DNA of 32,000 nucleotides. It comes from Gemmata obscuriglobus (GTDB taxonomy: Bacteria; Planctomycetota; Planctomycetia; Gemmatales; Gemmataceae). Made by a program: the position numbers and the translations under genes. This document shows positions 9,142 through 17,911 of this stretch, piece by piece (the stretch's first letter is position 1; every line of letters starts with the position of its first letter). The notes below the pieces were generated by a model that ran no database searches, was not told the DNA's origin, and saw only the letters and a program-made list of their open reading frames with translations. The stretch is taken from positions 3,300,001-3,332,000 of the forward strand of contig NZ_CP042911.1 in NCBI RefSeq assembly GCF_008065095.1, in the 5' to 3' direction.

Positions 9142-10434
9142 TCACCCCCGCTTCGCGGGGCGTTTACCGTGTGTGCCGTAGACGTCCGCCACCCGGCCCG
9201 ACTCCTCCAGCGCGACGTGGTACCGCGCCTCGCCTTCGAGCCGGTGAACGGTCATGTGGTACGCCTTGGCTACGGCCGCCAGGTATGGCCGCTTCTCCGC
9301 TGCGATCGGGGCGCGAAGCTGGCCCCACGAGCCGTCCCCCAGGTACGGCACGCCGTACTTGTCCCGCAACCCGCCCTTCAGCGGGTGGGTGCGCTTGAAC
9401 GTGTGGTCGTGGTGCTCGAGTACGACGTCCACGCCGTGCCGCTCGAACAGCGGGCACCAGTGCTGCCGGTTCGCCTCCCCGGTTCCGGGCTTGCCGCTCA
9501 CCGGGCCGCCTTCGGGGACGCGGTAGGACGGGTACGCCGGCACGTGGTTCGTCACGAACAGGTGCGGCCGGTCCTCGCGCTCCTTCAGCACGCCTTCGAG
9601 CCAGTCCGTCTGCTCCCCGGCGATTTTCGCCACGTGCCCCGTGTCGAGCAGCACGAGGCTCAGGTAATCGCCGAAGTCGAGCGCGGCGTAGGTCGTGTCC
9701 TTGTACAGCCCGTCGAACAGCGGCAGGTAGAACGTGGCGTCGCCGCGCTTCCCGTTGTACCCGCCGCGCACCTCGTGGTTGCCCAGGCACGTGACGAGCG
9801 GGATGAGCCTCCCCTTCGGGTCCACCATGTGCCTGGCGTAGTTCTGAACGAACGCCAGCGCGGTCTTGGCGGACGTGCCGTTGTCGTACCCCAGGTCGCC
9901 GCTGATCAGCGCGAAGTGCGGTTCCTGCTTGGCCGCGAGGATGTTGTTGGCGATCGCGTGCGCGTTCGTGCCGCAGTCGCCGCCCGACACCCACTGGAAC
10001 GTGTCCGTGGCCTTCGCCGGCATGGTGCGGAAGCGGAACAGCTCCGGCCCCTTGCCGATCTGGAGGAGGTACTCGGTCCCCGGTGCGAGGCCGGTCACCT
10101 CCGCCCGGTGAACCTTCAGGTCCGTTTTGGGCCACGGCCTGAATTCGACCTTCGCGGTCTTCCACTCGTCGCCGGTGGGCGGGATCACGCGCACGGTGGC
10201 GTCCGCCTTTTCCGGCCCGATCCACTGGGCGGTGATGGTGGTCGTCGGGTCGCGCTGCCAGGTGAGGAACAGCGTGTCTTGTGGCAGAAGGTTCGTGGGT
10301 GCGGCTTCCACCGACAGGCGCGGCGGCGGCGCGGCCTCGGGCTTAGTGTCTTGTGGGGAGCCGGAACCGGTGACGAACGCGGTTGCCAGCCCGCCGGCCG
10401 TGGTGCGTAGGAACGCGCGGCGGCTGATAGTCAT
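9142..10434 (-). CDS. Tat-exported metallophosphoesterase (purple-acid-phosphatase-like)
   Basis: Internal ATG (10434) of track ORF 9142..10740 gives MTISRRAFLRTTAGGLATAFVTG, a twin-arginine signal. Calcineurin-like motifs follow: SGGDCGTN, SGDLGYDNG, CLGNHE and LEHHDHTF. Confidence 0.85.
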   Translation of the reverse strand: MTISRRAFLRTTAGGLATAFVTGSGSPQDTKPEAAPPPRLSVEAAPTNLLPQDTLFLTWQRDPTTTITAQWIGPEKADATVRVIPPTGDEWKTAKVEFRPWPKTDLKVHRAEVTGLAPGTEYLLQIGKGPELFRFRTMPAKATDTFQWVSGGDCGTNAHAIANNILAAKQEPHFALISGDLGYDNGTSAKTALAFVQNYARHMVDPKGRLIPLVTCLGNHEVRGGYNGKRGDATFYLPLFDGLYKDTTYAALDFGDYLSLVLLDTGHVAKIAGEQTDWLEGVLKEREDRPHLFVTNHVPAYPSYRVPEGGPVSGKPGTGEANRQHWCPLFERHGVDVVLEHHDHTFKRTHPLKGGLRDKYGVPYLGDGSWGQLRAPIAAEKRPYLAAVAKAYHMTVHRLEGEARYHVALEESGRVADVYGTHGKRPAKRG

Positions 10435-10625
10435 GGGATCGCTTCGGGTGGTAGGCGGGAGCGGTTTACGGGGCAGCATTTTTATGCTGCACGGACCTGC
10501 ACCCGAAAGCGAGAGGGAAAGGGGATCTTTTACAGGGCTTTCGCGAAACGCACATGCACAGGACGAACGAGGAATCGGAGCAAAGAGCGTAACCCGCAGG
10601 TACGGGTCACGCGTTCTCGCTTCCC

Positions 10626-11999
10626 TTACGCTAGCCCTTCGGCCGCGAGCGCTTCCAGGCTCGCCTCGAACGCGGTCACGGTGTGATCGATGACCGCGTC
10701 GGTGTGCTCGGCGCTGGTCATCCCGGCGAACCCCCACCAATCGACCCCGTGGAGGAGCATCGCCTGCCGAAGGGCGTAATACTGCTTCATGTTCTTCGGG
10801 CCGTCGAGCGCGTTCACGTCGCCCCCGAACGGCACGAACCCGTCGTTGACGCCCGCGGCGGTGCCGGGCCGCTCGCCGCGGTAACCGGACGCCACACGGA
10901 CCATGCTAAAGTCGCCATAAGCGACCCACGACCAATCCCGGGCCGCGAACAGTTCGTTCAGCTTGTTGCGCAGCCGGGCGGCGGCGCGGTTCGCGCGGTC
11001 GCACGGCTCGCCCGTCGCGACGCGCGTCAGGGTCGCGACCCCGGCGGCGGCCGAGAGCGGGTTGGCGTTGTACGTTCCGGGGTGCTTCATCTTCGGCTTG
11101 CCCGGGCGCGGCTCGATGAACGCCAGCACGTCCGCGCGGCCGCCGACGCACCCGCCGGGCAACCCGCCGGCCAGGATCTTGGCCATCGCGGTCAGGTCCG
11201 GCGTGACGCCGTAGAACGCCTGCGCGCCGCCCGGCGAAACGCGGAAGCCGGTAATCACCTCGTCGAAGATCAGCAGCCGGTCGTGGCGGGTGCAGAGTTC
11301 GCGCAGCCCCTTCAGGAACTCGCCGCGGATCGGCACCGCACCCCAGTGCCCGCCGGTCGGTTCGAGGATCACGGCGCCGATGTCGGAATCGGCTTTCAGC
11401 GCCGCCTCGACGCGGTTCAGGTCGTTGGGCGGGACCGCCACGCAGTGCGCGGCCACGTCCGCGGGCACGCCGGGAACGCTGGCCGTGTCGTAGGGGTAGT
11501 CGGCCGACACGGTGACGTAGTCGTGCCACCCGTGGAAGTGCCCCTGGAACTTCAGGAACTTGCCGCGCCCGGTGTACAACCGCGACAGCCGCAGCGCCAT
11601 CATCGTGGCTTCGGTGCCGCTGCCGGTGAACCGCACCCGCTCGGCGCTCGGGATCAGCTTGCGGACGAGTTGCCCCCACTCGATCTCCGCCTCGTGGCAC
11701 GCCCCCGGGTGCGTGCCGCGGTTCATCTGCTCCTGGACCGCCAGCACGACGTCGTCGGGGCAGTGGCCGAGCAGGTGCGACCCGTGGCCGACGAAGTAAT
11801 CGACGAGTTCGTGCCCGTCCACGTCCCACTTGTGAGCGCCCTTCGCCCGCGCGACGTACACCGGGAACGGGTCCATCATCCGGGCGTCGTGGGTCACGCC
11901 GGTCGGGAACACGCCCTTCGCGGTCTCGAACCGCTGTTTGGAGCCCGCGAACTCGGCGGCGTACCGGTCGACGAGCGAGCGTGTGGCGGTCGCGGACAT
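10626..11999 (-). CDS. class-III PLP aminotransferase, glutamate-1-semialdehyde 2,1-aminomutase-like
   Basis: 457 aa. Motifs: GSGTEATMMALRLSR, FDEVITGFRV and TAMAKILAGGLPGG (PLP-lysine context). ATG at 11999. Confidence 0.88.
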   Translation of the reverse strand: MSATATRSLVDRYAAEFAGSKQRFETAKGVFPTGVTHDARMMDPFPVYVARAKGAHKWDVDGHELVDYFVGHGSHLLGHCPDDVVLAVQEQMNRGTHPGACHEAEIEWGQLVRKLIPSAERVRFTGSGTEATMMALRLSRLYTGRGKFLKFQGHFHGWHDYVTVSADYPYDTASVPGVPADVAAHCVAVPPNDLNRVEAALKADSDIGAVILEPTGGHWGAVPIRGEFLKGLRELCTRHDRLLIFDEVITGFRVSPGGAQAFYGVTPDLTAMAKILAGGLPGGCVGGRADVLAFIEPRPGKPKMKHPGTYNANPLSAAAGVATLTRVATGEPCDRANRAAARLRNKLNELFAARDWSWVAYGDFSMVRVASGYRGERPGTAAGVNDGFVPFGGDVNALDGPKNMKQYYALRQAMLLHGVDWWGFAGMTSAEHTDAVIDHTVTAFEASLEALAAEGLA

Positions 12000-12158
12000 G
12001 AACGAACTCCGAAAATGCGAGCGGGGGCGTGAGCCCCTGAGAACCCAATAAATCGCGTACTGTTCGTTGTAGGAAGTGCCTTCGTTCGATCACGACGGAA
12101 GGGTGAGCCGGGGTTCACGTCCTGGTTGCAGCGTTTGCGGTGTACTCTGGCTGTGTTC

Positions 12159-12280
12159 TGTTCTTGAGTGTGGCCCGCTCGCTCCGCGAGCGGTTGTGAA
12201 ATCATTCGGACCGTGCCGCGGGCTGCGAATCTGAGGCCCCAAGCACCGCTTGCGGAGCGAGCGGGCCGCACTCAAGAACA
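12159..12280. repeat. 35-nt imperfect inverted repeat (33/35) with a 52-nt spacer; each arm contains its own 7-bp hairpin (REP-like)
   Basis: Left arm 12159..12193 is TGTTCTTGAGTGTGGCCCGCTCGCTCCGCGAGCGG. The reverse complement of the right arm 12246..12280 is TGTTCTTGAGTGCGGCCCGCTCGCTCCGCAAGCGG. The inner CCGCTCG-CTCCG-CGAGCGG is self-complementary. Confidence 0.65.
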
Positions 12281-12320
12281 CAACTGCACAAGTAATACCG
12301 TCCGCTCACCGGCTCTGCTG

Positions 12321-13439
12321 TCACCGCGCGTCCACCGGGAGCGTGGACACCTTCTCTTTCAACACGTCCTCGAACACGATCGTGTAGAGCTGCGACAACT
12401 GGGGCAGCGGGTAGTACGCGAGCAGCGTGTGAACCTGGCCCTGGTTCCCCAGCGCGCGGCCGGCTTTGGTGCGGATCTCGTTGCTGGTCGGCACCGGCGG
12501 CGGGCCGCTGGCGACCACCGGCAGTGTTCGCGGCGGGAGCCGCAGCCCGTTCTCCGATGCGAGTCGCTCCAGGTGCCCTTTCCGTAACGCTAATCGATAC
12601 TTGATAGGGTCGCCGCCGGCCTCGCTCGCGGCCAGTTTCCGCAAATCGACCGCCCAGCGCGCCTCGCGCAAGAACTCTTTCGCGCCCAGTGGCCCGGCCA
12701 CCGCGTGAATCACTGTACCATCGCTCAGGCAGAAGTAGGACGCCACGTTCCCGCCGATCTTGACCCCGTTCACCACCTGGAACGTCCCGACCTTCTGGTG
12801 CGTCGCCTCGAAGTTGTCGCTCAGGAACCGGCCCACGGAATCGTCGGACAGTGCCCCCTCACGGAGGGCTTGAGCGTTGTTTCACGTGAACCCCGGGTCG
12901 TCAAAGTGACCGGAGATGTGCAACACCAGCAGCATCTTCTTCGAGTTCCGCGCTTCCTCCGCGGCCTCGGTCATCCCGGGGTGGAACTTCACCTTGGTGT
13001 TGAACGTCTGGCACCGCTCCGCGGGCAGGAACTCGCTCGCCGGGAGCCGGAACTCCGCCGGCGCGGGCGCGTTCGCGACCGCGGGTTCGGCAGGGACCGC
13101 GACCGGAACGAGCACCGGCACCGCGGTGAACTGCGTGCGGACCACGATCTCGCGCGGCCTCGGGGCGACCGGCGTCGGTTCCGGCAGCGGCGGTTCGGGG
13201 GCCGACGCCGTCGGCGCTGGTGGTGGGGCGAGGAGTGCGAGCGCTGGCGCGGGCGTTTCGCGCACCCGGACCAGGATCGCGCCCAGAATAAACGCCCAGA
13301 GCGGCAGGCCGATCGCGGCCACCGTGCGCCAGTCGATGGCGTGGATCAAGCTCGCGCGTAGGGGAGGGGGAAGGGGCGTGGGCGGCCGAGCGGGAACCGA
13401 CATGGGGCGCTCCTTGACGGGAAAGGGCAGCGTCGCCAT
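12321..13439 (-). CDS. candidate selenoprotein: membrane-anchored, Pro-rich linker, thioredoxin-fold-like domain with an in-frame TGA (12882..12884) at the redox position
   Basis: Track ORFs 12882..13439 and 12321..12836 share one frame. Only one TGA plus 15 sense codons separate them. Read-through gives ...KKMLLVLHISGHFDDPGFT-U-NNAQALREGALSDDSVGRFLSDNFEATHQKV...GNVASYFCLSDGTVIHAVAGPLGAKEFL, which is a beta1-(C/U)-alpha1 layout like Thioredoxin_7 proteins. The downstream ORF has only a GTG start and no SD. Confidence 0.55.
12853..12869 (-). promoter_or_regulatory. SECIS-like stem-loop downstream of the in-frame UGA
   Basis: The mRNA reads UGAAACAACGCUCAAGCCCUCCGUGAGGGGGCAC. CCCUC (+17..+21) pairs with GAGGG (+25..+29). 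The apical loop contains G at +23 and U at +24, counting the U of UGA as +1. Confidence 0.4.
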
Positions 13440-13487
13440 GTCGAACGCCGGGGCGTGGCCGGCGTTGGCAAAAATTTCGACCGTCGC

Positions 13488-14216
13488 TCACACGCCCCGC
13501 GCGTTCGGCTCCCAGATGTATTTGTGCATCTGGAGCTGCATCCGCACCCGGTGCAGGCCGGACGCGAGCAGCCAGCCGACCAGTTCCACGGGCTTCAGGT
13601 CCGAGAACACGCAGCTCACCAGACAGGCGAACCGCTCGTCCAGCTTGTGCGCGCGGATCACGCCCACGGCCCAGTCCCAGTCGGCGCGGGACGCGATCAC
13701 GAACTTGATCTGGTCGGTGGGCTTCAGCGCGTCGAAGTTCGCCCACCGGTTTCGGTGGCTCTCGCCGCTGGCGGGGCACTTCACGTCCATGATGATGTGG
13801 ACGCGCGGATCGACGGCGCTGACGTCGTGCGCGCCGCTGGTCTCCAGTAGCACCGTTTTGCCCGCGGCGCACAGCTCGCTCATGAGCGGGAGCACGTCGG
13901 GTTGCAGGAGCGGTTCGCCGCCGGTGATTTCGACCAGCGGGCACCCGAAACTCAACACCTTCCCCAGCACCTCGGCCCGGGGCACGCGGGTGCCTTGGGT
14001 GAACGCGTGCGGGGTGTCGCACCACCGGCACCGGGAGTCGCACACGGAGGTGCGGACGAACACGCACGGCAGGCCGGCGAACGTCGACTCGCCCTGCACG
14101 CTCAGGTAGATCTCGTGGACCAGCAGTTCGCCCGCCGGCAGGTCGCGCAGAAGGGTCACGCGGTGCCGCGCCTCGGGGGGCACGTCGGCCAGTAAAGTGC
14201 GCTTCGGTTCGCTCAT
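13488..14216 (-). CDS. queE: 7-carboxy-7-deazaguanine synthase (radical SAM, queuosine pathway)
   Basis: 242 aa. EIYLSVQGESTFAGLPCVFVRTSVCDSRCRWCDT matches the QueE signature (E.F.S.QGEG..G.P..F.R...C.L.C.WCDT). ATG at 14216. Confidence 0.88.
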   Translation of the reverse strand: MSEPKRTLLADVPPEARHRVTLLRDLPAGELLVHEIYLSVQGESTFAGLPCVFVRTSVCDSRCRWCDTPHAFTQGTRVPRAEVLGKVLSFGCPLVEITGGEPLLQPDVLPLMSELCAAGKTVLLETSGAHDVSAVDPRVHIIMDVKCPASGESHRNRWANFDALKPTDQIKFVIASRADWDWAVGVIRAHKLDERFACLVSCVFSDLKPVELVGWLLASGLHRVRMQLQMHKYIWEPNARGV

Positions 14217-14317
14217 CTACTCATCTTAGCAACCCGGAATTTCCTTGCGACCCCGGCGCAAGCGGGCTATACGCTCGCGATTCCATAAAAACCGCCCGCC
14301 GTGCACGGAGGCACCCG

Positions 14318-15247
14318 ATGCGCCACCCGCTCGCGCTCTCGCTCACACTGCTCGCCGGCAGCACGTTCGCGCTCGCCCAGCCGCCGGCCGCCAACCCGAA
14401 CCTCGCCGCGACCGTCAACGGGGAGCAGATCACGCTCGCCGAGGTGGACGCGCTCCTCAAAACGACGCTCCCGCTCACCCCGCTGACCGCGGCGCAGAAG
14501 CGCCAGATGCGGGTCGAGGTGCTCGCGGACATGGTGGACGATGTCCTGCTCCGGCAGTTCTTGCGAAAGAACGGGCCGAAGGTCGACCCCGCCGAGATCG
14601 ACGCCCAGCTCAAGGCCTTCGGCGAGAAGCTAAAGGCCGAGGGCAAAACGCTCGCGGACTTCTACCGGGAGACCGGGCAGACCGAGGCGCAAGTGAAGGA
14701 GGCGTGGACCACCGCGATGCAGCTCACCGGTTACGTGAAGAGCAACGCGACTGAGGAGCAACTGAAGGCGTACTTCGCGGCGAACAAGGACCACTTCGAC
14801 CGCGTGGAGGTCAAGGTGCGGCACGTGGTGCTGCGTGCCGGCAAGAGCGCGTCGCCCGCGGAGCGCGCCGCCGCAAAGGAGAAGCTCGAAGCGATCCGCG
14901 CCGACATCGCGGGCGGGAAGCTCGATTTCGCGGACGCGGCGAAGAAGCACTCCCACTGTCCGAGCGGCCCGGCCGGCGGCGACATCGGCGTCATTTATCG
15001 CAAGGGCGGCATCGTGGACGAGGCGTTCGCAAAGGCCGCGTTCGCGCTGAAGCCCGGCGAACTGAGCGGGGTGGTCGAAACCGATTTCGGCTATCACCTC
15101 ATTCAGGTGACCGAGCGCAAACCCGGGACCCCGACGACGTACGACAAATCCGCAACGGACGTGCTCGATACCTACAGCGACGAGTTCCGCGCCGACCTGA
15201 TCGCCAAGCTCCGCAAACAGGGTCAAATTCAGATCACTGTTCCCTAG
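14318..15247 (+). CDS. secreted parvulin-type peptidyl-prolyl isomerase (SurA/PrsA-like)
   Basis: 309 aa. There is a signal peptide (MRHPLALSLTLLAGSTFALA), a SurA-N-like helical region, and a PpiC rotamase core (VRHVVL...HSHCPSGPAGGDIG...FGYHLIQV). Confidence 0.85.
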   Translation: MRHPLALSLTLLAGSTFALAQPPAANPNLAATVNGEQITLAEVDALLKTTLPLTPLTAAQKRQMRVEVLADMVDDVLLRQFLRKNGPKVDPAEIDAQLKAFGEKLKAEGKTLADFYRETGQTEAQVKEAWTTAMQLTGYVKSNATEEQLKAYFAANKDHFDRVEVKVRHVVLRAGKSASPAERAAAKEKLEAIRADIAGGKLDFADAAKKHSHCPSGPAGGDIGVIYRKGGIVDEAFAKAAFALKPGELSGVVETDFGYHLIQVTERKPGTPTTYDKSATDVLDTYSDEFRADLIAKLRKQGQIQITVP

Positions 15248-15251
15248 CCGC

Positions 15252-15339
15252 GTTCCGCGTTCCAAGTTCCAGGTTTCAAGATAAAAGCAGGTACACAAAC
15301 GACTTTCCGTTTTCGTACCTGCACCCTGGAGCGCGGAAC
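15252..15339. terminator. multi-tier imperfect hairpin in the PPIase-SDR intergenic region
   Basis: Nested complementary segments: GTTCCGCG(15252)/CGCGGAAC(15332), TCCAGG/CCTGGA, and GCAGGTAC(15287..15294)/GTACCTGC(15315..15322). Confidence 0.4.
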
Positions 15340-15444
15340 CCGGACCTCGCCGAACGGCTTTGTGACACTTTTCACTTGCACCGAGCCGCGGCAGCTTGTT
15401 AAGTTAATTGCACGTAATCTGTACACGCGGGAGAGTGAGCTATC

Positions 15445-16209
15445 GTGCCCGCCACCCTTTTCGACCTCACGGGCCGCGTTGCTCTCGTTACCGGCGGCAA
15501 CAAGGGGCTCGGCAAGGCGATGGCTCGTGGGCTCGCGGAGGCCGGGGCTGATGTCGTCATCGCCAGCCGGAACGAATCCGAACTTCAGGGGGCGCTCGAA
15601 GACATTCTTGCCGGGACCGGGCGCCGCGGGGCGTACCGCGTGACCGACGTTTCTGTGCGAGACGATGTCACGAAACTCGCGGCGTTCGCGTTAGAGAAGA
15701 TGGGACGGGTCGACATCCTGGTGAACAACGCCGGTATGAACGCCCCGCAGGCTATCGACGCCGTGACCGACGAGATCTGGGACCGCGTGGTCGAGGTGAA
15801 CCTGAGTTCCGTGATGGCTCTCACCCGCGAACTCGTGCCGCAGATGAAAGAGCGGCGCTGGGGGCGGGTGGTTCACATCTCATCGATCATGGGGCAGGTG
15901 TCGAAAGAGCGCCGGAACGTTTACTCGGCCACCAAGGCCGCGCTGATGGGGCTGGCTCGCGCGAGCGCGCTTGATTTGGGGCCGTTCGGAATTACGGTCA
16001 ACTGTATCGCCCCCGGGCCGTTTATGACTGACATGCCGATGTCGGTGCTGTCGGAACCCGAGAAGCAGGCGTTTGCGGATCGGACCGCACTGGGACGCTG
16101 GGCCAAACCGACGGAACTGGTGGGGCCGGTGCTGATGTTGTGTAGCGAGGCCGGGAGTTACGTGACCGGCCAGACGCTGTTCGTCGACGGAGGGTACTTG
16201 GCCCGCTGA
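15445..16209 (+). CDS. short-chain dehydrogenase/reductase (FabG / gluconate-5-dehydrogenase-like)
   Basis: 254 aa. Motifs: TGGNKGLG (cofactor motif), NNAG, and S...YSATKAA (catalytic Y-x3-K). GTG start at 15445 preceded by GGGAGAG. Confidence 0.9.
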   Translation: MPATLFDLTGRVALVTGGNKGLGKAMARGLAEAGADVVIASRNESELQGALEDILAGTGRRGAYRVTDVSVRDDVTKLAAFALEKMGRVDILVNNAGMNAPQAIDAVTDEIWDRVVEVNLSSVMALTRELVPQMKERRWGRVVHISSIMGQVSKERRNVYSATKAALMGLARASALDLGPFGITVNCIAPGPFMTDMPMSVLSEPEKQAFADRTALGRWAKPTELVGPVLMLCSEAGSYVTGQTLFVDGGYLAR

Positions 16210-16336
16210 GGGATGTGGCGGTGCCAACTTGATTCGCCCCTGTCTGCGACATAATATTCCAGATGAAACGTTGCACGATTCGACCGCTCATTTCGCCCGG
16301 CGGTTCGTGCGTGCGGCGTCAGGTGGTAGGTGGCCC

Positions 16337-16795
16337 ATGAACGCGTGCCCTCCTCTCCCGAGTGCCGACATGGTGATGAAAAGTGTTCACCGTGAGTGCA
16401 TCGAAGAAGAGAACAAATACCGGTGGCTGGAGAGCGAGAAGGCCGGGTACGACCTCGGAGAGGGGTGCGTGTACCGGTGGGTGAAAGACCACTGGACCGG
16501 TTACCTCCGCGCCCGGTGGGTCGAGCACCTTCAGGGCCGGTGCTTTTGGATCGAGCTTTCGGGCAACGACTTCGGTCTCCTCACCCGCGCATTCCACAAC
16601 CACGCCGAACTGCTCGACACCATTTTGAACAAGCTCAAGACCGGTGCCGAGAACCTCGACATCATCTCCTGGGCCATCTCGAACAACATCCCTATCGGCC
16701 CGGTGTACGAAATCCTCGAAGCCCTCGACGTAAACAGCCAGCGGCTCTCGCACCGGTTCGAGGGGCCGCCGCGTGGGAACATTTCGGCAGCCTGA
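16337..16795 (+). CDS. conserved hypothetical protein (N-terminal YRWLESEKAGYDLG motif)
   Basis: Track ORF 16229..16795. ATG at 16337, with later ATGs possible. GC3-rich codons. I recall the motif K.RW.ESEKAG.DLG from uncharacterised bacterial proteins but cannot name a family. Confidence 0.55.
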   Translation: MNACPPLPSADMVMKSVHRECIEEENKYRWLESEKAGYDLGEGCVYRWVKDHWTGYLRARWVEHLQGRCFWIELSGNDFGLLTRAFHNHAELLDTILNKLKTGAENLDIISWAISNNIPIGPVYEILEALDVNSQRLSHRFEGPPRGNISAA

Positions 16796-16824
16796 ACCCG
16801 CTCCAGCTTCTACGCTCAGAACGC

Positions 16825-16860
16825 AACGGCCCACGACTGATAGTTCAGTCGCGGGCCGTT
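16825..16860. terminator. bidirectional intrinsic-type terminator between convergent genes
   Basis: AACGGCCCACGACTGA-TAGT-TCAGTCGCGGGCCGTT forms a 16-bp stem with one mismatch. It is followed by GTGCTTTTAC on the plus strand. Confidence 0.7.
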
Positions 16861-16970
16861 GTGCTTTTACCGACCTACTGTCTTTCAACCGGTCCGGTTA
16901 CGTGAGCTGAGCTTTCCGTTAATCACGCGCCCACTTGATTCGGGGTGCGGAGCCGGCCGATCGAACTCGC

Positions 16971-17777
16971 TCAGTCGTCGAACCGGTACTTGCCGTGGCA
17001 GTTGGTGCAGGTGGCTTCGAGGGCGGTGAGCTTCGTGCGGAGCGCCTTGAAGTCCGGCGCCTTCTTCGTGGCCTCGGCGATCAGCTCCTTGCTCAGGTCC
17101 ACCGAGTCCTTGCTGAACTTCTGCCACTCCTTCAGGTTCTGCGGGCTGGTGCGGGCCTTCTCGTTCGGGTAATCGTGCGCGTACTCGTTGAGCACCGCCG
17201 ACCGCACCGCGAGGAGTTCCACCGCGGCGGGGTCGAGCTTCACGGCGCTCCCCTTCGCGGTCCAGTCCTTCAGGTCCTTTTCGATGTTCATGCCGCTGGG
17301 CAACTTCAGCACCGTCGTGTTGCTGAACAGCTTCATGGTGGTGGGCAGGTAGGTCACGTCCTTGTCCTTGGCCTTCTCGAACGCGTCGAGCTTCGGCAGG
17401 TCGCCACCCGCCTTCCCGCCGCCCGGCTTGATCGCCAGCTTTTGGGCCAGCGCGTCGGCGTCCTTGTACTTCTTGGCGTTGATCGCCTCGCCGACCTTCA
17501 GCACGTCGTCCTTCAGCGCCTTGTCGCCGAGCACGTCCGCGTAGGCCGCGATGAGCAGCGTGACCGCCACCGCCGGCTTCGCGGAGCGGATCGACGGCTC
17601 CGCGGACTTCGCCAGTTCGCTGAGCCGCTTTTGGAGGAACTTGAGGTCGGCCTCGGCGGCCTTTTTGTACGAGTCTGTGGGCAGCCCCGGGGTGCCGGCG
17701 GTGCCGTTACCGGCGAGCGTCCACAGGCCGGCGGCCAGCGCGGCGCAGCCGACGACGAGGCGGAGCGAGTAGGTCAC
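16971..17777 (-). CDS. secreted class-II (cytochrome c'-like) c-type cytochrome, extended length
   Basis: 268 aa with a signal peptide (TYSLRLVVGCAALAAGLWTLAG). The body is all-helical and K/A/E/L-rich. A single C-terminal heme motif CTNCHGKYRFDD sits just before the stop, which is the position typical of cytochrome c'/b562-fold proteins. GTG start. Confidence 0.65.
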   Translation of the reverse strand: MTYSLRLVVGCAALAAGLWTLAGNGTAGTPGLPTDSYKKAAEADLKFLQKRLSELAKSAEPSIRSAKPAVAVTLLIAAYADVLGDKALKDDVLKVGEAINAKKYKDADALAQKLAIKPGGGKAGGDLPKLDAFEKAKDKDVTYLPTTMKLFSNTTVLKLPSGMNIEKDLKDWTAKGSAVKLDPAAVELLAVRSAVLNEYAHDYPNEKARTSPQNLKEWQKFSKDSVDLSKELIAEATKKAPDFKALRTKLTALEATCTNCHGKYRFDD

Positions 17778-17911
17778 GAGCGGGGTCTCCTGTGCGTGCA
17801 GGGAAGCGGGAGCAGGCGGGAACGCGAACGCGGCGGGCGATCCGGGTTCACGCCAGAATACTATGGTCCTGCGGGCGGGCGGAGGAGTCCCGGGGCGGAA
17901 AACCGGTCGGG

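Noticed and set aside
7822-10410. 862-aa plus-strand ORF, the longest in the track
   Set aside because: It lies antisense to two well-supported minus-strand genes (GlcD-like oxidase and metallophosphoesterase). Its translation is low-complexity and Arg/Gly/Val/Pro-rich with no recognisable motifs. This is a classic high-GC shadow ORF.
12837-12881. Alternative reading of the 12321..13439 locus as two separate genes or a simple nonsense pseudogene
   Set aside because: This is not fully rejected and remains the null hypothesis. I disfavour it for four reasons: the stop falls exactly at the thioredoxin-fold active-site position, the 45-nt gap is in-frame and coding-like, the downstream ORF lacks an ATG and SD, and a hairpin with a GU loop sits at SECIS spacing.
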